Positions 22,852-34,870 of a DNA stretch of 64,000 bases are shown here, piece after piece (the first letter of the stretch is position 1; each line of letters opens with the position of its first letter). The notes beneath the pieces are model-generated. The model was not told the DNA's origin, made no database searches, and was given only the letters and a program-made list of their open reading frames with translations. Location: the NCBI RefSeq assembly GCF_018977255.1, contig NW_024704769.1, positions 4,526,001 through 4,590,000 on the forward strand, in the 5' to 3' direction. A program made the position numbers and the translations under genes. Source of the DNA: Callorhinchus milii. Lineage: Eukaryota.

Positions 22852-23639
22852 TCTGGACATAGTTTGAAAGTTCCTCAGGAACAGCAAAACACACGTAACT
22901 TTGACCGGCAAATGCATTTCCGTGTGAGTGAATGTGTGTGTGTGTGGGTGGGGTGGGGGGTAGGTAGTGGGGAGGTGGTGGTGGTAGCAAATGAACGATT
23001 ATTTCTGGGGGTTTAATTTTTAATTTCAGGTGCAATTCTCTTCGCCCCAGAGTGCAATTAACTCCATGTGCGGTTGAAGCTGTGAGTGAGACTGTTTATC
23101 GTTTCAATCTAACTTTGCACTTTGACTTCTGTTAAAGTCTCAAATAATATAAATAAAGGTGATCATTTTATTTAACCCCCCCCATCCTCTCCCTCTCTTT
23201 CTTATCCCCTCTTTTTCCGCTGCCCTTTGAATGAGACATTAAACCTTATTCACGCCCCGACTGTGCCCTGTTCAGACAGACGTTAAAGATCTCCCGCGGG
23301 GCTGTGGGGGGTGGGGGTGGAGAGAAGGGAGTTTCTCTCTCTCTCCCCTGGTGTCCTGGCTGATAAAATCACTGGCTCGCTCTGTGGCTGTTTATGTGAT
23401 GTCGCTGTGTGCAGATGTAATTGTCGCATTTGCCAACAAAAACACAATCACTACATTTTACAGTAAATCCTGTGAAGCACTTTAAGACATTTTGACGATG
23501 TGACAAGGAGCCGTAGGTGAGGATTATTTACTGTTTACAAGTCTCTGTCTCTTCTCTTTACACATCCACATCTCTGAGACTCGTGTTCCACATTCCTAAT
23601 CCTCCCACCCTCCCACTCCACCCTACTCATGGGAATAAA

Positions 23640-24005
23640 TGCTTCCTGACCTCAGCCTTATCTGACTTCCTACCTCCTACACCCCTCCCCTCAGCAAACA
23701 CCAGCCTGCTTCACATTACCCCCCCCCCCCCCGCCGATCCACCCCACCGTTGGCGGTCAGGCCTTCAGCCTTTCTGCCCCCACCCTCTGGAACTCCATCC
23801 CACAGTCCCTCCGCCTCGACACCTCCCTCATCTGTTCAAGGCTGGTCTCAAGACCCTCCTCTTCAATCAACCGCGCCTTCAGTCACCCACCCCCCATGCC
23901 CTCCCCCCCCTCCTGATCCCAACCTCCAGCTCGGGTGCAAATCCCTGACTGTCCAGCGCCTTGGGACGTCCTTCCCAACATGAAAGTCACCGTGTAAATG
24001 TCATG
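23640..24005 (+). mobile_element. L2-type LINE 3' fragment
   Basis: ccaccgttggcggtcaggccttcagc...ctctggaactcc...ttcaaggctggtctcaagacc, ending in the tail shared with the SINE. Confidence 0.65.
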
Positions 24006-24837
24006 TTTTTCAGGGAGATCTGTGCCCCCGCCCCAGTCACAGTAACAGTTTACCTGCACATTTACAGGAATTGATATGAGTCACAGCTCCGTGTCTCCAT
24101 GTTATTGGCTGCAGAACCTGAAGCCATTCAGTGATTCCGTCACATCACATACCATCAGATGCTATTTATAGCTAATTATACCTGGGGCGCATTCTCAAAG
24201 GGAAGGGAGTTTCTCTCTCTCCACCTCCTCCCCCCCCAGTGTACTGTCTTAACAATCTCCAGGAACTCACACACTTGTGGCTGTTTGAGGGATGTTATTG
24301 AGAGCAACTTGTACTGATGACAAAACGACAACTTGCACTTATCTGGTGCAGTGACAAGCAGTGACTACACACAGTCACTACACTTTGCGGAGAGAGAAAG
24401 AGCGCTGGGGGGAGGGAGACTCCGTCCTTCGGAGGAGATGTTAACCCTCACTCACTCCCCGACTGTGCTCCGCTCGGGTGGGTGTTAAAGATCTCCCCCT
24501 GCGGGGCTGTCGGAGGAAAGAGAAGGGAGTTTCTCTCTCCCCCCCCCCCCCACCGCGGTGTCCTGGCCCCCACATTAAATCACTCGCTCGCTTCACGGCT
24601 GTTTGTAGGGACCTCACTGGGAGCAAACCGGCTGCCGGGTTTGCCCATAAAACACACAGTCACTACGCTTTACAATAAATCCTGTTTGTGGGGGTTGGGG
24701 GGAGGGGGTAGAAACATTTTTCTTTTTCCAGTATTTCCCGAATTCAATTTCACTCAAATAATAGTAATAATATTTGGTACAGCGCCTTGTCACGGGGTGT
24801 CTGTGTGTCTGTGTGTGTGTGTGTGACTGTGTGTGTA

Positions 24838-25025
24838 TGAGGGGGTGGGGCTGTGTGTGTGAGGGGGTGGGGCTGTGTGTGAGGGGGTGGGGCTGTGTAT
24901 GAGGGGGTGGGGCTGTGTGTGTGACTGTGTGTGACTGTGTGTGTATGAGGGGGTGGGGCTGTGTGTGTGAGGGGGTGGGGCTGTGTGTGAGGGGTCTGTG
25001 AGGTGGGGCTGTGTGGGAGGGGCTG
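24838..25025 (+). repeat. ~20-bp GT-box (GGGGTGGGG) tandem repeat upstream of the death-receptor gene
   Basis: gagggggtggggctgtgtgt x7-8, ending about 165 bp before the ATG at 25189. Confidence 0.8.
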
Positions 25026-25188
25026 AAGATTATTGTTTCGCGATCCCCGTCGCTGTTGGTGGTTTCTTTGAGTTTCTCTGAGTTTCGGAGTTGTAGAAAC
25101 TTGGACTTTTTTTGACTTTTATTGTTTTGTTTTTTGGTGAAAAAAGTTTTTCAAACTGTTTGCGAAAAAAAGTTAGAATCGAAATTAA

Positions 25189-25794
25189 ATGAAAAAGCCG
25201 AGTTTGTTCCTGTGGCTGATCACAGCGTTTGGGGTAAGTCTTCACCCCCCCCTCACCCCCCCCACCCCTCACCCCCCCCCCCACCCCCCCCCCCCCCCCC
25301 CCCCCACCCCTCACCCCCCCCACCCCCACCCCACCCCTCACCCCCCCCACCCCCCACCCCCCCCCCACCCCTCCCCCCCCACCCCTCACCCCCCCCCACC
25401 CCTCACCCCCCCCACCCCTCACCCCCCCCAGTCAGGGCCTGGGGGAGGGGGGAGGGGGGTCAGTGGGGACCTGGGGGGGGGCGGTGGGGGCCTGGGGGGG
25501 GGGTGAGGGGGGCAGTGAGGGCCTGGGGGGAGGGGGGGCAGTGGGGACCTGGGAGGGGGGCAGTGAGGGCCTGGGGGGGGGGGGGGGCAGTGAGGGCCTG
25601 GGGGGGAGGGGGGAGGGGGGGCAGTGGGGACCTGGGGGGGGGGGGCAGTGAGGGCCTGGGGGGGGGGGGGCAGTGAGGGCCTGGGGGGGGGGGGGGGGGC
25701 AGTGAGGGCCTGGGGTGGGCTCTGGGGGCAGTGAGGACCTGGGAGGGGGGCAGTGAGGGCCTGGGGGGGGGGGGAGGGGGGGCAGTGGGGACCT

Positions 25795-25832
<38 letters not shown>

Positions 25833-28800
25833 AGGAGGGGCTCTGTCTGTGCTGTAAACCCCCCCCCCCCCCCTCCCGCTCAGTGTCGTTCTCCGCCACT
25901 GTCCAGCGCTGTCCCCCCACTCCCTCTCCCCTCTGTGTGGGGGTCACTGTGTAATTGTTGTTGGAATTGTCTGTATCGCTGTTCTTTCTCTTTCTCTCTC
26001 TTTTGGTCTCGGTTTAAAAAGTCTGATTCCGAATGACATATTTAAGGATTAAATAAAAACTGTTCCCCTTTTTAAAATGTTATTATCAATCATCATCACA
26101 ATAATCCTGACATTCGATACAGCGCCTTTCATGTCAGGAGGACATCTCAAAGCGCTTCACTGGAGTTTACTGTAAAGTGTAGTGACTGTGTGTTTTGCGC
26201 ACAGCGACGAGGTGAATAAATGAATTTATTTGGGGTTATTGGCCAAGACAAGAGGACAGAGAGAGAGTGACGGAAACTCCCTTTTCACAGAATTATTAAC
26301 AACCGCCCAGAACAGGCACAGACTGGATCTGGGTTGTTAGTGTCCCCCCCCCACCCCCCACCCAGGATCTGGCGGGAAAAAATTCTTCCATAAAATAATA
26401 ATAATAATTTGGTCACTCACTCACAACTGTTTGTGGGGACTCTGTCGTGCGCAATTGGCTGCCATGTTTCACCCACAAAATATACAGTAACTTCAACTTA
26501 CAGTAAATTTTCATATAGCGCCTTGGGACATCCTCCTGATGTGAGAGGTGCTATACAATCTAATTTATTGTTGATCAATAAACTAGAGTAGATTGCAATA
26601 ATTAATATGCTTGTTTAATAAGTTAACGCAATTTAAACCCTAATAATATAATAAATATTAAATATATAAAGTGGAGTCCTGTAGCTCAGTGGTTAGAGCA
26701 CTCGCTTTGCAAGTGAGAGACCTGAGTTCAATTCCAGGCAGAGGGTGAAACCTCGGGCAAGTTTCCTTACTCCACACAGAGCCTAATAATAATCCCTCCA
26801 AAACCAAAAACAATAATAAATTGGTCATTTTCAATCTACGACTGTTTGTGGGACATTGCTGTGCGCAATTGGCTGCCGCGTTCGCCCACAAATATACAGT
26901 CAATTCACTTTACAGTGTGTTCTGTGAAGCGCTTTGGGACGTCGTCCCGACGTGAAAAGCGCTATATCAAATGCAAGGATTATTATTATTATTATAAATC
27001 TTATTCTAATTATAATAATAATAATCCTTACATTTGATACAGAGCCTTTCACGTCAGTAAGAAACCTCAAAGCACTTCACATAATTTCACTGTAAAGTGT
27101 AGCAAGTAGATTAATGTTTGTAGGTGAATTATAATAATAATTATAATAAATGGAAATTAATACAATAATATAAAATCAGCTCACTTCATGGCTGTTTGTG
27201 GAATGTTGCTGTTTGCAAACTGGCTGCTGCATTTCACCCACTAAATAATATATTTATCACAAATAATTGTTGTAAAATAATATTTAAATGTATTAATATT
27301 CTTCTTATCTTTACATGTTTTATAACAAAAAGCTGAACTAAAAGGGTTTATAAACACTCAGTTTATACTGACAATTACTTGGGAAATGATGCAAGAACCC
27401 ATATCTCCTCCCAAACCCCTTTCACAATCTCCCGTTTGAGCTTCCGGCTCTGGGCAAGAGCTTTACTGCCTATAAACAGCGCATCAGAGAGCAATCCTAC
27501 TCGCACACACACCCACACACGCTCGCACACGCACACACTCGCGCTCACCCACTCGCGCTCACCCACTCGCGCTCACCCACTCGCGCTCACCCACTCGCGC
27601 GCTCACACACTCGCACGCACGCGCAAACACTCACTCTCACACTCTCTCTCTCTCTCTCTCAGGCCGCTGTCTCTGCTGTTCCCTTGGTAAAACCCCCGGG
27701 GATGAGTAATGAGCTCCCGGCTGTCGGTTACCAGCCCCTCCCCCACAGACGGTGCATACCCTGCCCCCCCGGTAAGTAACTGTTACCTCACATATGAGGA
27801 GGGGGGGGGGGGGGCTGGTGGGGTGGTAGAGGTGGGTTGGTGGGAGTGGGGGTTGAGGGGGCGAGACTGCTTCTGCAGTTTCCATGTGTTGGTGAGTTAC
27901 ATGGAATTCTCATTTGGTTTGGAGACACTTGTGTGATCACGGTGACGGGTTTCCGTGTGGGTCAGACACCCGGCCGGTCACGGTGACGGGTTTCCGTGTG
28001 GGTCAGATACACGGCTGACCAAAAAAACAATTCCCCCAAAAAAACATTTGCTACTGCGCCTTTTATGTCAGGAGGATGTCTCAAAGGGTTTCACAGGATT
28101 CCCTGTAAAGTGTAGTGACTGATTATTTTGTGTATTTCTCTTCTGCTGGGATCCTGCCCCTACCCCCACCCAGAGTACAGAGCAGCGAGACATGAACTGC
28201 TCTGCCACCGGTCATGTTGTTGTTTGTTTTTGCTGATCACAGGAACCTACATGGTTGACCCCTGCTCGGAGCCGGACACTGAGGGGGTCTGTAGACCTTG
28301 TGAGAGCCAAACCTACACTGAGTACGAGAACACGGAGGTTCGATGTTTTGTTTGTCATCGCTGTAGACGAGGAGGTAACGTGGAGTCCTGTAGCTCAGGG
28401 GTTAGACCCCTCGCCTTTCAAGCCACAGCTCCTGTAGCTCAAGGGTTAGACCCCTCGCCTCACAAGCCAAAGGTCCCAGGTTCAATTCCCTGGCGGGTCA
28501 GGTCAAAGCATTGGGCAAGTTTCCTTACTCCACACACTCACACAGACAGACACACACACATACACAGACACACACACTGACACAGACATACACACACACA
28601 CACACATGCCTCTGGTTACCAGAGGTCAGTAGCAACCGGTTGTTAATTGATTGTGGATCACTTTCCGGGGATGATAATCCCTCAAAAAACAAATAAGAAT
28701 TAGTTTTTTTTTACCTGCCGCGACGCTGTATCGAATGTGTGTGTTTCCGTCGTTCCAACGAAGTTCTGGCCAAACACAAGTTGTTGTTGTCACACAGACC

Positions 28801-31800
28801 AGGAAACCGTGTCCAACTGCACTCCTCACAGCAACACAGTTTGTCAGTGTAAATCCGGGTATTTCTGTTCTCCCAAAAAGACGTGTGAGATGTGCTCCAA
28901 GTGTCGGACGTGAGTAATAATGATAATAATAATATTAATAATAATGATAATAATATTAATCTTGTGCTTTAATATTTTTAAATTATAAATAATTACTTGT
29001 TATATCATAACATGTATATTTTACAGTATAAGATATAATGGTGGGATTTACTGTAGTCCTTACATTTGATCCAGCAAACTTTGTGTCAGTCACAAGGACG
29101 TCTCAAAGCGCTTCACTGCAAAGTGTAGTGACTGTGTGTTTTGTGGGCAAACCCGGCAGCCGGTTTGCTCCCAGCAGCGTCCACGCAAACAGCTGTGAAG
29201 CGAGCGAGTGATTTAATCTGGGGGCCAGGACACCGGGAAGGGGGGTGGGAGGGAGAGAGAAACTCCCTTCTCTTTCCCCCGACAGTCCCGCGGGGGGAGG
29301 TCTTTAACACCCGCCCGAGGGGAGCACAGACGGGGAGTGAGTGAGGGTTAAGGTGACTGTGGGGTTGAGCTGATGCTGAGGTCACGCGCTGTGATGTGTG
29401 TGTTTCAGGTGCACGGCTGAGCAGGTGATTGTGAGACACTGTAATTCCACGTCTAACACCGTGTGTGAAGCTCGGTCAGGCATCGCCCCGGAAACAACCG
29501 GACTCTCACCAGGAGCAATTACAGGTAATGATCGAGCTCGTCAGCCCGTCACCGGCTCCGACGCTGTCACCGGCTCCGACGCTGTCACCGGCTCCGACAC
29601 GGGTCACCGGCTCCGACACTGTCACCAGCTCCGACGCTGTCACTGGCTCCGACACGGGTCACCGGCTCCGACACGGGTCACCGGCTCTGACACCATCACC
29701 GGATCCATCACTGCGGTGATGTCAGTCACGAGGCACCGAGTTAACCCTCGAACGTCAGAGGCACCAAAGTGAAGGGGTTAATTAACAGTTTTATTGTCTT
29801 CACAGTTATTGTGATTGTCGTCATCGCCGTTGTCATCGCCATCGTCGCTGGTGTTCGCTGCTGGAGTGTGAACGAGTGTGAGCGTGACGGATTAAGTGAG
29901 TGGGCAGTGCTGCGGCAGATGGAGTTCAGTGCAGTGTGAGGTCATCCACTACGGACAAAAAAAGATAAAGCAGAATATTTTCTTAACGGGGAGAAATTAA
30001 GAACTGTGGAGGAACAAAGAGATTTGGACGTTCATATCCACAAATCAATGAAAACTAGTTCCCAGGTGCAAAAATAATCAAAAAGTCGAATGGAACGCTG
30101 GTCTTCATCTGGAGGCCTGAGGTCTGAAAACTGCATTCAGTTTTGGGCACCAAACTTCAGGAATTGGCCTGGGCGGGGGGGCAGCGCAGGTTCACCAGAA
30201 CGTGACCAGGCCCTAAAAGGGTTATGTTACGAGGAAAGTCTGCGTAAACCGGGATTTTATTCCCTTGAGTTTGGAAGGTTGAGGGAGGAGAATTTGATTA
30301 GTTCAGGTACAGATCAGCCAAGATCGAATAACATGGCGGAACAGGCTCGAAGGGCTGAATGGCCTCCTCCTGCTCCTATGTTCCTATGAGTGTGGTTGTG
30401 AATATGTGTGAGTGGGTGTGATTCTGATCATGGATGTGAGAGGTACAAATGTGAGCTGGTTTGAGTGATCAGGTGTGAGTCAGCATGTGTGTGAGTAGGT
30501 GTGAGCAGGAGTGCGTGAGAGTGAAATTGTGAGTGTGTGTGAGTAGGTGTGAGTGGGGGGGCAGGCGGGGGGTGTGTGTGAGTGGGTGGGGCAGGGGTGT
30601 GTGTGTGTGAGTGGAGGGGCAAGCGGGGGGTGCGTGTGAGTGGGGGGGGCAGGGGCTGTGTGTGAGCGGGGGGCCAGGCAGAGGGCAGGCGGTGGGGTGT
30701 GAGTGGGGGGCAGTGAGTGTGAGCGGGGGGAGTGTGTGAACAGGGGGAAGATGGGGGGTAGGTGGGGGGTGGGGTGTGGGAGTGAGACAGTAACTGTGCC
30801 TGTGTTACAGCCTCGGAGGGAAGTGGATTACAGGAGCCGGAGGTGAGTCTCAGACACAACCCCCCTCCCCGCCCCCAAAAAGACACTCACACACACAGAC
30901 ACTCACACACACAGACACTCACACACACAGACACTCACACACAGACACTCACAGACACACACACTCACACACACAGACACTCACACATAGACACTCACAC
31001 ACACAGACATTCTCACACACACAGACACTCACACACAGACATTCTCACACACACAGACACTTACACAGACACTCGCATACACACTCAGAGAGAGTGAGAG
31101 AGAGAGTGACGGAGCTCGGCTGACATGTTCTCTCCCCCCCCCCCCAGAGTTCCCCTGTGGTTAGGGAGGGTCAGGCCCCCGAAGACCTCCGTGAAGAGCC
31201 GATGGTGATGTTGCTCCCGGCCGCGGATCATCAGAATCCGAGAGCAAAGAACTTCCCGGAACATCAGGAGCATCAGGAACGTCAGGAGATCCTCCCTGTC
31301 CTCGGCACCGACCCCCCCACCACAAATCCCGGGGTCCAGCCGAGCGCCCCCCCGCATCACCAGCAACGGAAAATTCATTCCACCCAAAGCAACGTAAGGT
31401 CACAATAAACCCCCCCCGAACACAGACACTACCCCCCCCCCTCCCCGAATACAGACACTAACCTCCGCCCGAACACAAATGCTGCCCCTCCCCTCTCCCT
31501 GAGGGGCGGCAGGTGGAGGTGGGAGGGTGTTGGGGGGAGTTTCTGGCTGTGGATCCATTCACATCCTCAAACTGAGATTGTCAGGTTGTCGGGGGGTCGA
31601 GGGTTTGGAGGCGAAGGGGGGTAATTGGAGTCCAGGCACTGATCAACCTCGGTCTGATAGAAGGTGGGACAGGCTGGAGGGGCTGAATGGCCGCCTGTTG
31701 CTGTGTGACCTGATGTCCTGCCCCTGGTTTGCAGGTTGGGACGGAGCCTCTGATAGAGAGTTTACAAGTTCCCGAGAAGATCGATAACTGTCTGAGCGAC

Positions 31801-32304
31801 AACAAAAAAGGTCAGTGGTCTTCAGCCCAATGGTGGGTGGGTGGGGGTGAGGTGGAGTGGGTGAGGTGGGTGTGAGGAGGGGGTAAGGTGGTGGGGGGTG
31901 AGGTGGGTTGAGGTGGGGGGGCGTTTGAGGTAGGGGTGGTGGTGAGTTGGTGGTGGTGAGGTTACTGACGTGTTGGGCTTTGTATTGAAGGTTGTGTTTG
32001 TGTTTCAGGGTCATTTGTCTGTTATTTGGTTATTAATGAAGTTCCTGGAAATCATTGGAAACAGTTTATGAGACGCATTGGTGTGTTGGACGCTGAGATT
32101 TTCCGAGCTGAGGCTGACCACCCCAGGCAAGGCAACGAGCAACAATACGAAATGCTTCAGACTTGGATCCAGAAATCTGGCCGACAAGCCAAAGTTAACG
32201 ACTTACTGCAGGTTTTGTGTAACATGAATCTGGTTCACGCAGCTGAGAAAATAATAGAGAAACTGATAGAAGAGGAAGCCTGTAAATGGAACTCACAGCA
32301 ATAA
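25189..32304 (+). CDS. Death-domain TNF receptor, TRAIL-receptor (TNFRSF10A/B)-like, about 417 aa
   Basis: Exons 25189-25233 (signal peptide MKKPSLFLWLITAFG), 27663-27771 (partial CRD ending CIPCPPG), 28243-28374, 28798-28909, 29409-29524 (Cys-rich domains C..C...TYTEYEN...C..C..C, NTVCQC), 29806-29895 (TM VIVIVVIAVVIAIVAGV), 30811-30842, 31148-31393, 31735-31810, 32009-32304 (death domain WKQFMRRIG..EQQYEMLQTW). Total 1254 nt with all phases compatible. A partial first CRD and a 32-nt post-TM exon resemble DR4/DR5. Confidence 0.85.
25245..25830. repeat. C-rich then G-rich minisatellites at the start of death-receptor intron 1
   Basis: C-run repeat at 25245-25430 switches abruptly to a ggggcagtgagggcct repeat at 25431-25830. 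Confidence 0.88.
26673..26995 (+). mobile_element. Full-length tRNA(Ala)-like-headed Deu-type SINE
   Basis: A box tagctcagtgg, anticodon-like arm ctcgc-tttgcaa-gtgag, B box gagttcaattcc, core gctgtgcgcaattggctgccgcg, L2-like tail gtgaagcgctttgggacgt...aagcgctatatcaaatgcaagg(att)n. Confidence 0.88.
29548..29712 (+). repeat. 18/19-bp tandem repeat (gtcaccggctccgac(g/a)c..) in the pre-TM intron of the death receptor
   Basis: About 9 units. Confidence 0.9.
29886..30390 (+). mobile_element. CR1 LINE 3' fragment, internally deleted
   Basis: Degenerate ORF2 C-terminus (LSEWA..QMEF..CEVIH.G...YFLNGEKL..VEEQRDL.V.IHKS) and the typical tail aagggctgaatggcctcctcctgctcctatgttcctatg. Confidence 0.8.
31545..31710 (+). 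mobile_element. Old CR1 3'-end fragment
   Basis: gatcaacc...acaggctggaggggctgaatggcc resembles the tail at 30311-30390. Confidence 0.6.
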
Positions 32305-34080
32305 CTCGGGTTTACTGATGATCCTGGGAAATCTCAGGGAAATCTCTTCTCTAAATCCTCACGGCATCACCTGCTGACCACAATTCTGGCTTTTCACCCA
32401 GTGGTTTGTTATCCTCTCGGGATGTCTCGGGATTCATTGGAAAGTGTTTTGTGGGCGTTGGCACGGGCTGTTTATAGTCAATCTGTTGTTGTTGTTGTGA
32501 AGCGAATGAGTGATTGTATCTGTGGGATGGTCAGTCAAACAACCTGCATGTTCAACATTGAACCACAGTCCCCAACGCACTCCCCTCAACACAACACACA
32601 ACACAACACACTCCTGTTGCACAACACACTGGGGCCTGGGTGCATCCTGGCAGAAATGCATTGATATTCTCACTTTCATGATATAATATATAAAGGGGAT
32701 TGAGTGTATTTTGTGAGTGAGTGGGTAGGTTATATTTAATGATACTTCATTTCCCACCAATTCCCACAATTTTTAATGAATTTTTAAAAGTGTGGAAGCC
32801 AAACATTCCTTTTATCTGGGTTCTATCTTATCACGTTGTCAAATCGACTCAAAGTGTTTGACAGGATTTACTGTAAAGTGTAGTGACTGTCTATTTTCTG
32901 GGCGAAATGCAGTAGTCATTTTTATCTGGGGATTGTCGGCCAGGACACCGGGAGACAGAGAGAAACTCCCTTCTCTTTTCCGATTCTGAACGTTCAGGCC
33001 GCGTGACCCATTGGATAAAACATTGGATAAAATATATTTTTCTTATTTTTATTAATACTTTTAATATTGTGTCAAAAATGAACCACTGCAAATGGGCTTG
33101 ATAGACCCTGGCACCTGTCACTCACGGGGCTGGGTTCATAAAGAAAACACGTTTATTACAATAATAATAATAGTAATCATAATAATCCTTGTATTCGACA
33201 CAGTGGCTTATCACGTCATTGAAACATCTCAAAGCGCTTCACAGAATATACTGTAAAGTGAATTGACTATGTTTTGTGGGTGAAACGCGGCAGCCAATTG
33301 CGCACAGCAGCGTCCCCACAAACAGCCGTGGATTGAGCGACCAATTTTCTTGCTGACTCGTGTCTAAACTGTGAGAGAAGTGGCTGCAGTCGGGGGTCAG
33401 AGACCCCACGATCCTGTTTTGAGAAACTGGAAAGTTGGCAACGCTGAGCCTGGTACAGGGTATTAGTTATAATAAATAATAAAAATACTGTTAATAATCC
33501 TCGCATTTGATATGACGCCTCATCACATCATCGAGACGTCTCAAAGCGCTTCACACAATATACTGTTAAGTGCATTGACGGTATATTTTGTGGGTGAAAC
33601 GCGGCAGCCAATTGCGCACAGATCCTTAGTGCTCGATGTGCTGTTAGTTACAAGAGCTGTGTAGTTAGGGACCGAGAGGGTTAGTGAGCTGGAGGTTACA
33701 CGTGGAGTGTGAGTGATGTGGGAGATTCCCTGGCTTCACTCTCGGCCGATAGTTAGTAATAACCACTGAACCTTTAACTCGATGTCACATGTTTTATTTA
33801 CTCTGTGACTATTGTTTATCTGGTCACAATCAGGGCACAACCTGTCATTTGTCATTAAATTCTTGTGGCTATATATTTATTTGCCTGATTTATTTATGTG
33901 TCTTTTATTCTTTAATAATCCTCGCATTTGACCCAGAGATTTTCACATCAGGAGGACGTCCCAAAGCGTTCGCAGGATTTACTGATTAGTGTAGTGACTG
34001 TGTATATTGTAGATGAACATGGCAGCCAATTTGTTCACAGCAACATCCCCACAAACAGCGTGAAGCTTTGTGTTTCAGAC

Positions 34081-34870
34081 TGCACTGCCTCCTGTCCCAG
34101 AGAGGATTGATTTCAAGGTCCTCACCTTGTATTCAAGTCCCTCCACTCCTCTACACCCCCCGACCTCTCTGACCTCCTCTCTCCTCAAAACAGTACCCGT
34201 TGCCTTCGTTCCTCCGGGTCTGGGCTCCTCCTCGTCCCCCGAGTCCTCCACTCTCAGCGGCTGTGCCTTCAGCCACTACGCCCCGAGGCTCTGGAACTGC
34301 CTTCCTCACTCCCTTCCCCTCGGACCCCCCCTTCCTACTTTCAGGTCTCTCACCTTCCCCCCCCCTCCCCATGGCTCCCCCCCCCTCCCCCTGGCTCCCC
34401 CCCTCCCCCTGGCTCCCCCCCCTCCCCCTGGCTCCCCCCCCCTCCCCCTGGCTCCCCCCCCTCCCCTGGCTCCCCCCCTCCCCCTGGCTCACCCCCCTCC
34501 CCCTGGCTCCCCCCCCCTCCCCCTGGCTCCCCCCCTCCCCTGGCTCCCCCCCCTCCCCCTGGCTCCCCCCCACTCCCCCTGGCTCCCCCCCCCCCCCCTG
34601 GCTCACCCCCCTCCCCTGGCTCACCCCCTCCCCTGGCTCCCCTCCCCCTGGCTCCCCCCCCTCCCCCTGGCTCCCCTCCCCCTGGCTCACCCCCCTCCCC
34701 CTGGCTCCCCTCCCCCTGGCTCCCCCCCTCCCCCTGGCTCCCCTCCCCCTGGCTCCCCTCCCCCTGGCTCCCCCCCCTCCCCCTGGCTCCCCCCCTCCCC
34801 CTGGCTCCCCTCCCCCTGGCTCCCCCCCCTCCCCCTGGCTCCCCTCCCCCTGGCTCCCCCGCTCCCCCTG
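34081..34870 (+). repeat. L2 3' fragment followed by a C-rich minisatellite (cccctggctcccc)
   Basis: 34081-34350 reads LH.L...RIDFKVL / AFSHYAPRLWN (L2 ORF2 end); 34366-34870 is a tandem repeat. Confidence 0.75.

Noticed and set aside
25061-25090. ISRE in the death-receptor leader (gtttctttgagtttctctgagtttcg)
   Set aside because: GAAA half-sites are spaced 10 bp apart, not the ISRE spacing.
26673-26746. tRNA-Ala(TGC)-like gene (also at 18631, 44387, 56601, 62009)
   Set aside because: Acceptor stem does not pair and each copy continues into a SINE body and (ATT)n tail, so these are SINE heads.
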